From positions 64,001-128,000 of the forward strand of contig CAWJJC010000028.1 in assembly GCA_963843145.1 (NCBI GenBank): a stretch of 64,000 nt of DNA, read 5' to 3'. A program made the translations under genes and the position numbers. Shown piece by piece: positions 48,642 to 58,057 of the stretch (its first letter is position 1; each line of letters begins with the position of its first letter). The stretch comes from an uncultured delta proteobacterium (GTDB taxonomy: Bacteria > Desulfobacterota > RBG-13-43-22). The notes under the pieces were generated by a model. That model ran no database searches, was not told where the DNA came from, and saw only the letters and a list, made by a program, of their open reading frames with translations.

Positions 48642-50966
48642 TCAGACCCCCGGGGCAAGGGTTATGGATACTTCCCCCTGGAGACCGTCCCGAGTGGCTG
48701 GGCAACTCCACCCTTTCGCTTTTTCCAGAATGCATTTTCTGGTACCGGCGTCGATCTTGGAGACAAAATCTACCGCCCTTACGGTTCCATCCGCGTTAAT
48801 GGTCAGCTTTATCATTAATCTTTCCGGGTGGGAACCGTTCGGGAAGCAGCTTTTTATTTCACGAATTTGCTTCCCCATGGTCCGAAGGACCTCCTCTTTG
48901 GCCAAATTTCCGGACACCTTGACTTCTTCCATCATAAATCCGTTTTTCTGATCCTTTTCTTCGTTTTTCAATAAAGCCCTTTTCAAAGGGGACGAGTCGG
49001 CGGACTCGGCCGGAGCGAATTGGGCGGATGGCCTGATAGGCGCAAATCCAGCCACTTTTCCATTCCCGCCCAGGGCATAGTCGGAAACCCCTTGGGGCAG
49101 GGGCAGGGGTTGTTTGACCGTAGAGGAAGTCTCGCCCTGGTTTCGGATTTGCGTATCCACGGCTACAAAAGAAGTATAGGCGGTTAAAAGGTTATAGGTG
49201 AGGCCGAGTTCGGTTATCTCCCGGATGCGACGGTCGTCGGACCGAAGCTGGTTAAAGTCCGACAAGATCGTTATTCGCTGTCGGGCCCAGAGGTAGCGCA
49301 GCGCCCGGTTGGTTGGCAGCGGAGTGATTCCTTTCACCTCGATGACCTCCCGAAAGGGACCCTCTCCCGAAAGGCCGGTTAAGGTAATCTTTCCCCGAGG
49401 CTGTCCGCGCCATTTGCCAAAAAGGATGATGGGGCGTTCGGCAAAAAGGTCGGGGACCCCGGCGGGTTCAACTTCGGCCACTGAAAATCCGTTGAAGTCG
49501 ACCTTGATCCGGGTCAGCAGCGGCGATTGGATCATTTCCCGAAACCGTTCAGCCCGGGAGGCGGCTTCTTCCGGGCGGGTGAGAATAAAGGGTTCTCCCA
49601 GCCCCACATGGGCCAGGCCTTCAATGAGGTGACGGTTGACGCTGCTGCCGATTCCAAAGGCAAAGAGGTTGGCCTGTCCGATATTTTTCCGGATAAGATC
49701 AAAGACTTCTTCTTCCACGGTGACATAGCCGTCGGTGGCGATTACCAGGGTTCGCGAATAGCCCTCAGGCTTTTCCAGGGAGAGGGCCCGCTTGAGGGCC
49801 GGCAGGAGCTCCGTGCCGCCGCCCCCCTGCTGGCGGTCGATGAGCCGGATCGCCCGGTCGATATTTTCCTGGCAGGCCGGGAGGGACTGTTCAGCCAACA
49901 GCGAGGACCCGCCGGAGAAGAGCAGGACATTAAAACGGTCCGTCGGACGCAGCCGGCCGATCAGATTTTTCAGCAACGTCTTGGAGATCTCCAGGGGAAA
50001 GCCGTGCATGGACCCGGAGACATCGACGATAAAAATATACTCCCGTCCAGGTATCTGTTCCTGGACCACCCGTTTGGGAGGCTGCATCATCAGCAGGAAA
50101 AAGTTTTCTTTCTCCCCTTCAGCGAGCAGCAGGCCGGATTGGATCCGCCCTCCGGCCAAACGGTAGCGCAGGATAAAATCCCGATCCCCGCCCCGGGTCT
50201 CGGAGCGATCCAAAGCCACTTTGGCCAGGGTAGGGTTGGGGAAATGGGTCTCCACCTTATGGGAAGGGCAAGACAGATCTGCGATGGGCATGCCGGCCGC
50301 CAGGTTGACGGAGAGATCAAAAGCATAAGGTGGATTTTCGCCCTGGTGAAGATAAGGGTTTTTCACCCAATGCTCCGAGGCCGGGGCCTTCTCGGTCGGC
50401 CGATTGGAATAACGCGGCCCGACCACCGTGGGATACACGAATTCATAAACCCGGTCCGTCGGCACCAATAATTCCGTATAGCTCAATTCCACCTGGATGG
50501 CTTCCCCCGGCAGGATATTGGCCACATTCATCTGAAAGACATTGGGCCGTTGCTGCTCAAGAAGAGAGGCCGTTTTCCCCTGCTCCCGGGCCTGTTCATA
50601 GGTCCGCCGGGCCTCCGCTCTTTTTTGGATCCGGGCCTCGATGACCCGTTTCCCGATGGTCATTTTCAGACCATAGACCGCCGCCCGAGTGGAGGCCGGA
50701 AAGATATAGATTGCTTCCAGGGGTTTTCGGCCTTCATTTTTATAGATTTGGGTGACCAGGACATCCGCCATGACCCCGGAGATGTTCACCTTAGCCGAAG
50801 TGGATTTCAGCGGCAATCGATCTACCTGCGGGTTGTCGCTTTTGATGAAGAAAAAGGGAGAGAGCGTCCGGTCCTCGTGTTCTCCGGGATCGGGGAAGGC
50901 GTTGCCTGAATAGAGAGATGTTAAAAGCAAGGTCAAAAACGCCAGAATTCGTGTGAAGCCTTTCAT
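48642..50966 (-). CDS. Secreted VIT-vWA domain protein with a C-terminal TonB-C-like domain
   Basis: Signal peptide, PLEAIYIFP (VIT), MIDAS DVSGS, TDG, YTSFVAVD, and a C-terminal LTINADGTV...C. Confidence 0.85.
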   Translation of the reverse strand: MKGFTRILAFLTLLLTSLYSGNAFPDPGEHEDRTLSPFFFIKSDNPQVDRLPLKSTSAKVNISGVMADVLVTQIYKNEGRKPLEAIYIFPASTRAAVYGLKMTIGKRVIEARIQKRAEARRTYEQAREQGKTASLLEQQRPNVFQMNVANILPGEAIQVELSYTELLVPTDRVYEFVYPTVVGPRYSNRPTEKAPASEHWVKNPYLHQGENPPYAFDLSVNLAAGMPIADLSCPSHKVETHFPNPTLAKVALDRSETRGGDRDFILRYRLAGGRIQSGLLLAEGEKENFFLLMMQPPKRVVQEQIPGREYIFIVDVSGSMHGFPLEISKTLLKNLIGRLRPTDRFNVLLFSGGSSLLAEQSLPACQENIDRAIRLIDRQQGGGGTELLPALKRALSLEKPEGYSRTLVIATDGYVTVEEEVFDLIRKNIGQANLFAFGIGSSVNRHLIEGLAHVGLGEPFILTRPEEAASRAERFREMIQSPLLTRIKVDFNGFSVAEVEPAGVPDLFAERPIILFGKWRGQPRGKITLTGLSGEGPFREVIEVKGITPLPTNRALRYLWARQRITILSDFNQLRSDDRRIREITELGLTYNLLTAYTSFVAVDTQIRNQGETSSTVKQPLPLPQGVSDYALGGNGKVAGFAPIRPSAQFAPAESADSSPLKRALLKNEEKDQKNGFMMEEVKVSGNLAKEEVLRTMGKQIREIKSCFPNGSHPERLMIKLTINADGTVRAVDFVSKIDAGTRKCILEKAKGWSCPATRDGLQGEVSITLAPGV

Positions 50967-51211
50967 CGGGAACCTCCTTAAACCTTGGAAATGAACTTCT
51001 TTCCTGGTTTAGAGCAGGGAGGTCTCCAAAAAGTTCCCGGAAATATTTTTGATGGTTTCGTAAAAAGTCCCTGGCGCTGTCATTGCGAGGAGTGAAGCGA
51101 CGAAGCAATCCCCAAAGCAGCAAAAGCTTTTTCCGGCCGTTGGTCCTGGGATCAATGGGGGAATCCTGGTCACACCCGGGAGATAAGTTATCCTCTAACC
51201 GACTGACCCGC

Positions 51212-51580
51212 CTACCTCAGATACAGCGGCATCAGGGTAAAGCTACCATCGATGCGGTCGGGGATATCCCGTAACGTCTGCCCCTTCCATAAGGACTGGC
51301 TCCAGATGAACGGGGTGCCGTTTACCTTGGCGGTCCCGTAGAGCATCCAGAAACCGGTGTTTGAGGCAGGGATATTCAAGATACCCGACAGCCCCATAAA
51401 AGAGCGAACCATCAGGTAGTCGGCGGTGACCATTTCACTGTCGTAATCGGTTGAACAGGCGTTGCCATCCAGCGATTTGCTGGTGACCGTGTAAGGGCCG
51501 CCGGTTGAACGGTAGTAAACAAAGCAACGGTAGGACATCTCTACCAGACCGGTTTCATTGATGTTGGCATCCACCAGCAT
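51212..51580 (-). pseudogene. Hypothetical protein, probably a 5'-truncated remnant
   Basis: The protein-like frame continues about 28 codons upstream of the ATG to a stop, with no RBS. No family was recognised. Confidence 0.35.
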
Positions 51581-51986
51581 GTAGCCGTTCAGGTAAGTGC
51601 CGGTATTATCCAGGGAGATGGCGTCGAAGAAATCCGAAATGGAACCAGAAAACTGTTCCGCTTGTTAGATAAGAATTTCTTTCGGTTAGGGCAGAGTTTA
51701 AATAGGCCTTGAGAAGGGTCAAGGGGAAAAAACAGGGGAGAATAAAGGACCTAAGCGCTTCTGACCCGATTTGACGGGCCACCTTGCAGCGAAAGTTGGA
51801 GCCTTGAACCATGGGCCAGTGAAGTACATATTATTTGTTCGAAAAATACTTACTTCCTGTTATTTATCTAAGACCATTAATAGAGAATAATATCCTAGAG
51901 AAAATCGAAGCCCTAAAAAGGCTGGCGATGAGCATTCTTTGAGGAAAGAAAGCCGCGAGGCTTCAAAAATTTCAGGGGAGGGAGTC

Positions 51987-52451
51987 ATGAGAAAATTAAA
52001 AATGGCCAGGAATTTGGTTGTGGCCGCCGCCGTAATCGGAATCGCCTTAACTTCGATATACGTAACGGCTGCGGAGCGAGGTGAGAAGGGCTTGACCAAA
52101 GAAATGGGAAAGACCTTCGGCATGACGGTACTGACTGGAGAGCTCTGGCAAAAGATGACGGAAGACTCCAAGGTGGCTTTCATCTGGGGACTCTGGCACA
52201 CGGTAGCCATCGAAGAATACCTGATGAATAAGTATCCGGACTTGAAAAAAGACAATTTTTCCTCGAAAATCATCGAAGGGTACAATAAATCGCCGCTCAC
52301 TATTAATCAAACAGTGGCCTTGATCGACCAATACTATCAAACGAATCCGGACCATATGGAAAAGCCCGTGGTCGGTGTGCTCTGGCACTCCGTGGTCAGG
52401 CCGAATATAACTACGGGGATAGACGGACGCCCATTGAGGCCAGAAAATTAA
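51987..52451 (+). CDS. Hypothetical secreted protein
   Basis: GGAG RBS, signal peptide, and conserved-looking GELWQ...KVAFIWG and IDQYYQTNP...PV motifs. Confidence 0.75.
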   Translation: MRKLKMARNLVVAAAVIGIALTSIYVTAAERGEKGLTKEMGKTFGMTVLTGELWQKMTEDSKVAFIWGLWHTVAIEEYLMNKYPDLKKDNFSSKIIEGYNKSPLTINQTVALIDQYYQTNPDHMEKPVVGVLWHSVVRPNITTGIDGRPLRPEN

Positions 52452-52469
52452 ACAAAAGGGGGATGAAAA

Positions 52470-52718
52470 ATGAAACGGATCTTTATTACCTCAACTATTC
52501 TCATTCTTATAGTGGCCTTGAGCGGGTGCGTCGGGATGTCCAGAACACAACAGGGCACTTTGAGCGGAGCAGCCATTGGTGCGGGGGGTGGTGCTTTGTT
52601 CAGTACGCTGGTAGGGGGGAATACCCTCGGAGGGGCCGCCCTTGGCGCGGGTATAGGTGCCCTGGGTGGATATTTAGTCGGTGAGTCCGCTGGAGGTTAC
52701 AGACATAGAAGAAGATAG
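52470..52718 (+). CDS. Glycine-zipper lipoprotein (OsmB-like)
   Basis: Lipobox LSGC; GAAIGAGGG...GAALGAGIGALGG. Confidence 0.85.
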   Translation: MKRIFITSTILILIVALSGCVGMSRTQQGTLSGAAIGAGGGALFSTLVGGNTLGGAALGAGIGALGGYLVGESAGGYRHRRR

Positions 52719-52827
52719 TAGAGGGGGACGATCCGATGTGGCGGGTTTTGCGTATCGGTTTTTCTCTATTGCAAATTTCTTCTGCTTCTGAACGTTTTGT
52801 TGAAAATAAATCAAAAAGGAGGACAGA

Positions 52828-53247
52828 ATGTCGCACAAGATCTGGCAGTTGATTCTAGGTGTAATGATTTCGGCTTTTGTGGTGGCAACAACCTTTGCCT
52901 ATACCCCCGAGCAGGCGTCAAAGGGAAAGGAGCTTTATGGTAAATATTGTGCCGTTTGCCATGGGGCCAATGGTGAGGGTGGCACGGTTCCCGAGCAATT
53001 CGGCAAAATGGCCGGTGTTAAGGTTTCTCCGGTAGCCGGTCCTGGATATTTACCGAAAATGAAGACAGCCGGTCAGGCCTATGAGTTCGCAAAGAAAAAA
53101 ATGCCGGCGAATAAGCCCGGCAGCTTGAAGGACAATGAATACCTTGAGATCATCTCCTTTGCCCTCCAGGCCAATAACGTCAAACCGGACGACAAGCCCC
53201 TTACCCCGGCTTCGGCCGAAAAGATAAAACTTGCCGGCGGGAAGTAG
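52828..53247 (+). CDS. Periplasmic monoheme cytochrome c
   Basis: Signal peptide, GKELYGKYCAVCHG and a distal MP. Confidence 0.9.
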   Translation: MSHKIWQLILGVMISAFVVATTFAYTPEQASKGKELYGKYCAVCHGANGEGGTVPEQFGKMAGVKVSPVAGPGYLPKMKTAGQAYEFAKKKMPANKPGSLKDNEYLEIISFALQANNVKPDDKPLTPASAEKIKLAGGK

Positions 53248-53348
53248 TAATTCTCCATCAGAGAATCCCTCTTCTCCCCGGAGCATTGGGGTTCTCTGAA
53301 ATCCTCCCACGGCAATTTCCCGGACAGCGGCCGATGAAGAGTCGTCTT

Positions 53349-53882
53349 TTAAATCAAATTTGCTAGAGCCCTTTCATAGGCCTGATAGGAAGAAGGGCCG
53401 AAAAGGACGAAGCCGACCCGGTCGAAGAAGGCCGGGTTTTCCTTGATGAACCCCACTACCGTTTTTAAGGCGATCCCCGCCGCCTCATCCAACGGGTATC
53501 CATAAGCCCCGGTGCTGAGCGACGGAAAGGCCAGGGAGCGAATGCCGTGTTTCCGAGCCAGCTTCAGACTTTCGAGATAGGCGCTGGCCAGGAGGTCGGC
53601 TTCTCCCTGGGTCCCGCCTCGATAAATAGGCCCCACGGTGTGGATCACGCGATGGGCCTTCAGTTTTCCGCCGGTGGTGATGACGGCTTGGCCGGTGGGA
53701 CAGCCCCCGATTTTTCGGCATTCATCCATGATGGCCGGGCCTCCGGCGCGGTGGATGGCCCCATCAACCCCGCCTCCTCCGGCCAGGCGGGAATTGGCGG
53801 CGTTAACGATGGCCTCGGTTTCCTGCCGGGTTATGTCACCCTCCTCCAGAAAGAATAAGGTCTCTCCGATTTTGACTTCCAT
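53349..53882 (-). CDS. Macro-domain O-acetyl-ADP-ribose deacetylase (YmdB-like)
   Basis: GDIT, AIVNAAN, GGGGVDGAIH, VIHTVGP, FPSLSTGAYGYP. Confidence 0.93.
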   Translation of the reverse strand: MEVKIGETLFFLEEGDITRQETEAIVNAANSRLAGGGGVDGAIHRAGGPAIMDECRKIGGCPTGQAVITTGGKLKAHRVIHTVGPIYRGGTQGEADLLASAYLESLKLARKHGIRSLAFPSLSTGAYGYPLDEAAGIALKTVVGFIKENPAFFDRVGFVLFGPSSYQAYERALANLI

Positions 53883-53902
53883 AAGTCCTCCCTTTTGCCG
53901 GT

Positions 53903-54659
53903 TCAAAATTTCTTCATGGCTTCCTTTAAACGCTCCCGAGCTTCTTCGCTATACCACATCTTCAAAAAGATCTGGACGTCTTCCTCCAGTTTTTGCCGGC
54001 CCAGGGCGGCTATTTCGGCCGTCCGATTGGTTTTGATGGTCTGGAAAGCTGCCCGGGGGAGACGGCCAAGGGTGCGGGCTTTGGAAACGGCTTCTTTGAG
54101 GAGTTCTTCGGGTGAGACCAAGGCATCCAGGAATTTTAATTTGAAGCGCGTTTTCGGCCGGCACCAGGGTGCCGGTGTACATGATCTCGGTGGCCGCCCG
54201 ATCCCCCACCAGTTGGCGGAGAATCAAATCGGCGATGTAGGGAACCGGTACCCCGATTTGAATCTCGTTCAAACCGCATAATTTTTTCCCCTGGGCCATA
54301 AATCGATAGTCGCAGCAGGAAGCCAGAATAAAACCACCGGCCACGGCGTGGCCGGTCAGGGCGGCTACCGTGGGCCGGGGCAGGGTGTAGAGGTCGAGGC
54401 AAATCCGGTTGAACGAATGAAAAAATTCTTTGAATCCCGAGACCTCCTGGGGATAGAGTTCGGGGAGATCAAAACCGGCAGAGAAGAACTTCCCGTTGGC
54501 GCTGGTCAGCACCAGGGCGGAGGATTCAGGATCGTTTCTGATTTCCACCAGGCAGTCTTCAAGTTCTTTTAAGAGTTCCCCATTGAGGGCGTTGGTGACG
54601 CCATGATTGAGTTCCAGAATTCGGACCGAATCTTCCGTCACCGCATTAATCCATTTCAT
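53903..54659 (-). pseudogene. Enoyl-CoA hydratase/isomerase; +1 frameshift in an A-run near 54135 (likely sequencing error)
   Basis: FFSAGFDL, GHAVAGG and GLNE. The C-terminus continues in ORF 53903..54121. Confidence 0.85.
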
Positions 54660-54690
54660 TTTAATTCTCCTTTTAACCAAATAATAGCTA

Positions 54691-55662
54691 TTAGAACTTA
54701 TGTTTAAATCCAAGTTGAAACGTGAAATCCGGCGCCCCGGTGGTGTTCAGGTCTTCGGTGAATGAGGCTTCCAGAGAATTCAGGCCGAAGATGTACCGGC
54801 CCCCCAAGGTCAGGATAACGCCGGTCTGATCGATAGCGGATATCCCGGTTTCCGGGAAGGGGGAGGTCTGGGCCAGACACTGGCCCAGGACTTCAAAGTT
54901 TTTCCACCAGGCCCACTCCGCGACCGCGCCGAAATAATAATAGGGTTGCAGGCCTATGGTTTCCCTGGCCCTTAAGTCCCCGGGCAGCACCAGACCCAAG
55001 GCGCCGGTCAGCTTGAACGCCCGGCCCAGTTTTCGTTCCCCGATGAGCGCCAGCCCCCAATCCAGGCTGCCGTTCCCGAAACCGGTATCGGGGTCCCCGG
55101 TCGGCAATTCCAGATCCGCCTTGACGGCCCAGAGCGTTTCTCCGAAAGAAAATTCTTTTTTCCCGGTCAGACGCAGGTCACCCAGCCCGACCTTGCCGCT
55201 TTCCCCCTCGACCAGGAGTTTTCCTTTTCGAAACAGCCGGTAGTGAAACTCGTTTTTCGGGTACCGGCTGCGGCCGTAGTCGGGGAAGCCAAAGGCGCTG
55301 TGATAGCTCTCCAGCGGCTGATCCAGGACCCCGGAGCTGAAGGCCAGCCAAGGGATCTCCAATCCCAGTTCGATCCACCCGGGTAGATTTTTTTTAAAGA
55401 CGAAATCTAATTCCGCCGATTCCAAATCGAGGTCAACCAGCCAGTCGGAGGCCCCTTTTTTCATGAAGGTACTGGAATAATGCAGGCTCAAGACGAGTGA
55501 ATTCTCCTGAGTGGCCTTTTCCAGGATGGGTGAATTCAAATGGAGGAAAAGAGGGAATTGATTTTTGAGCCTAAAGGGGCCTTCGAAGGCAGCGGACGAT
55601 AGAGGGGCCAGGAAAAGAGATATCAGCAAGCAGGATAGTGGAAGAGACCGGTTCTTGAACAT
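54691..55662 (-). CDS. Outer-membrane beta-barrel protein, DUF3187-like
   Basis: Signal peptide, GVLD...YHSAFGFP, GLGD, LPTGD...GNG, APDFTF and a terminal Phe. Confidence 0.7.
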   Translation of the reverse strand: MFKNRSLPLSCLLISLFLAPLSSAAFEGPFRLKNQFPLFLHLNSPILEKATQENSLVLSLHYSSTFMKKGASDWLVDLDLESAELDFVFKKNLPGWIELGLEIPWLAFSSGVLDQPLESYHSAFGFPDYGRSRYPKNEFHYRLFRKGKLLVEGESGKVGLGDLRLTGKKEFSFGETLWAVKADLELPTGDPDTGFGNGSLDWGLALIGERKLGRAFKLTGALGLVLPGDLRARETIGLQPYYYFGAVAEWAWWKNFEVLGQCLAQTSPFPETGISAIDQTGVILTLGGRYIFGLNSLEASFTEDLNTTGAPDFTFQLGFKHKF

Positions 55663-55703
55663 GCCCTTCCCATATCATATCCTTTCGGGATCAACAAGGA
55701 AAA

Positions 55704-55874
55704 GTAGGGCGGGCGTCCCCGCCCGCCGGTTTGGTGAGGGGAAGGGGTGCTTGCAGAGGGAATAGAACGATTAGTCTAAGGTGGTGAAACCAAATTCCGA
55801 GGTGTTCGGCGGGGACGCCGACCCTACGAAAGACGGGACAGAACGGTTGGGTGGAGCCGGCGTCCCCGCCCGCG
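55704..55874. repeat. Cluster of GTAG-type REP-like repeats
   Basis: GTAGGGCGGGCGTCCCCGCCCGCC, inverted CGGCGGGGACGCCGACCCTAC, and GTGGAGCCGGCGTCCCCGCCCGC. Confidence 0.8.
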
Positions 55875-55885
55875 AAACTGGAGGA

Positions 55886-56950
55886 TTATTCCAACGCATA
55901 CCGCCCGATCCGATCCGCGTGCAGGCTGCCCAGGTATAGATAGCCGCCGTATTCGCGGGCCGAGGTGATTTCCCAGAGATGTTTCCCGGTAGGCTCCTGG
56001 AGGCTTTTGATTATCTTGCCGTTTTCGTCCAAGGCCAGTACCAGGCCATAGGGCTTAGGTTTGGGCCAGAAGGCCTTGGGCAGTTTGGACAACAGGGACT
56101 TAATGAAGGGATAAGGGTGCATCTTGTCGACCGCGTCGTTGCGTACGGTGAAACAGGCCAACCAGAAGGTCCCCCGGCGGTTAGAGGTGATGTTGTCCGG
56201 AAAGCCGGGCAGGTTGTCGATAAACAGCTCGCTGGTTCCGGCCTTAGGGCCTTTCAGCCAGTAGCGGGTGATACGGTAGCGGTAGGTCTCGTTGACCAGG
56301 ACGAAATCCTCCTCAGCGGAGAGGGCCACCCCGTTGGCGAAAAACAGTCTATCGAGGAGTACGTTGATTTGTCCGGTGGCCGGGTCCAGGCGGATCAGTC
56401 GTCCGTGGGGCCGGGCTTCCAGCAGGTCATAGAGGTATTCGTTCTGGCCATATTTGGAACTGGCATCGGTGAAGTAGATGACGCCTTCCCGGGAGATATC
56501 CAGGGCATCGGTAAACTTGAAGGGAAGGCCGTTGATGGACGTGGCTAAAATAGTAATCTTCCCGGCGGGATTGATGGATAACAGGCCCTGATAGGAGTCG
56601 CAGACGATGAGATTTTGTTCTCGATCGAATTGCATTCCCAGGGGGCGCCCTCCTGTTCGGGCAAAGGTTTCCAGTTGCCCGTCGGGCCGGAGACGCAGGA
56701 TCTTTCCATCCTGGGTCCCGCCATAGACACGACCCTGGCGGTCCACGGCCACTTCCTCCGGCCCGTTGATTTTCCCTAAGGCCAAAAGATCGGCTTTTTT
56801 CAACAGATCATTGGGTGCCAGCACGCCGGTCATCGACGGTTTGAGCGGCGGGTTATAAACCGCCGGGTCGATGGGGGCCTTTTGGAGAAAAAGGCCTATT
56901 AATAGTAGGACCATGAGGATGGCGGCGCCGGCGAAGGTTTTCTTAATCAT
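55886..56950 (-). CDS. SMP-30 / strictosidine synthase-like beta-propeller protein
   Basis: GPEEVA, GGRPLG, IYFTDAS, LFFANGV, NLPGFPDN. Confidence 0.9.
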   Translation of the reverse strand: MIKKTFAGAAILMVLLLIGLFLQKAPIDPAVYNPPLKPSMTGVLAPNDLLKKADLLALGKINGPEEVAVDRQGRVYGGTQDGKILRLRPDGQLETFARTGGRPLGMQFDREQNLIVCDSYQGLLSINPAGKITILATSINGLPFKFTDALDISREGVIYFTDASSKYGQNEYLYDLLEARPHGRLIRLDPATGQINVLLDRLFFANGVALSAEEDFVLVNETYRYRITRYWLKGPKAGTSELFIDNLPGFPDNITSNRRGTFWLACFTVRNDAVDKMHPYPFIKSLLSKLPKAFWPKPKPYGLVLALDENGKIIKSLQEPTGKHLWEITSAREYGGYLYLGSLHADRIGRYALE

Positions 56951-57971
56951 GGTTTCCTCGGTCCGTCTCGGTTCCCTCGATCCTTCCTTGAATGATTCCG
57001 GAATCATTCGGCGTTTGAACGGGGATTCGCCGGAGTTCCCGGACCCCGGCCTGGACCAGCATCTCTCGGAGTTGACGATCGGAATAGGACTGGCCGTTTT
57101 CCGTTCCCAAGAGCATATTCAGGGAAAAAAGGGCCGGGAAGACCGGGCCGTCCATTTCGTCGTTCAAGATGAATTCGTGGATCAAAATTAATCCGCCGGG
57201 CGCTAAGCTGGAAACGGCTTTCCGGATCATTCGCTGACAATCCTCCGGTCCTTCCCCATGGAGAATATGGGACAGCCAGACCACATCAAAGGTCCCCTGA
57301 ATCGCTCCCTCCAGGTAATCGCCTTCCTGGAATTCAATGCGATCGGACAACCCGAAACGAGCGATGGTTTTTTCGGCAAAGGACCGGGTGGTGGGCAGGT
57401 CATAGACCGTGGCCCTTAACCCGGGGTTCTTCAGGCAGAAATGGATGGCGTAGGTACCCGGACCTCCCCCCAGATCCAGCAGGTGTTTGCGGCCGGAGAG
57501 GTCTATCTGCGGAACGATCCGGGGGGCCAGGTTCATGGCCATATTGAACATGCCCATGAGAAAACTTTCCCGCACCACCGCTTCTTCGAAGCCGGACCGG
57601 GACCGGGTCGCCTTGCCGGTGATGACCCCTTGGTCCAGTTTGCTCCAGGACTCCACCAGGTGGTGATGGTGCATGACCATATAGCCGAGATACTGCGGCG
57701 AATCCTTCTTCAGGAAGGTTTTACTGATATCCCTGTTGGCATAGACGTTTTCCTTTTTGGACAACAGTCCCAGGGCGGAGAGGGCGTTCAGCAGCATGGT
57801 CACTCCCCTGAGATCGCCTTTCAGGTCATCGGCGATATCCTGGGCCGTGCGGGATCGGTCCCCCATCAGGGAAAAAATTCCGAGCTTGACGCCCGCGTGC
57901 AGGGTGCAGGCTTTCCAATAGCTTCCCGAGACTTCCAATAGTTTTCCCGGATTCCATTCGGTCGTTTCCAT
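56943..57971 (-). CDS. SAM-dependent O-methyltransferase with a dimerisation domain
   Basis: LHAGVKLGIF, LLDLGGGPG, YDLP, LSHILH, FSLNML. Confidence 0.9.
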   Translation of the reverse strand: METTEWNPGKLLEVSGSYWKACTLHAGVKLGIFSLMGDRSRTAQDIADDLKGDLRGVTMLLNALSALGLLSKKENVYANRDISKTFLKKDSPQYLGYMVMHHHHLVESWSKLDQGVITGKATRSRSGFEEAVVRESFLMGMFNMAMNLAPRIVPQIDLSGRKHLLDLGGGPGTYAIHFCLKNPGLRATVYDLPTTRSFAEKTIARFGLSDRIEFQEGDYLEGAIQGTFDVVWLSHILHGEGPEDCQRMIRKAVSSLAPGGLILIHEFILNDEMDGPVFPALFSLNMLLGTENGQSYSDRQLREMLVQAGVRELRRIPVQTPNDSGIIQGRIEGTETDRGNHD

Positions 57972-58057
57972 TAGGGTCCTCCTCCGTATTTGACTCTTTC
58001 CATAAAATACAATAAGATTCATTGAAGTTCAATTTGAAATAGTAATTTTTAGATTGG

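Noticed and set aside
53903-54200. Programmed frameshifting in the enoyl-CoA hydratase, gmhB or hsdM genes
   Set aside because: There are no slippery heptamers or stimulatory structures; simple indel error or decay explains these better.
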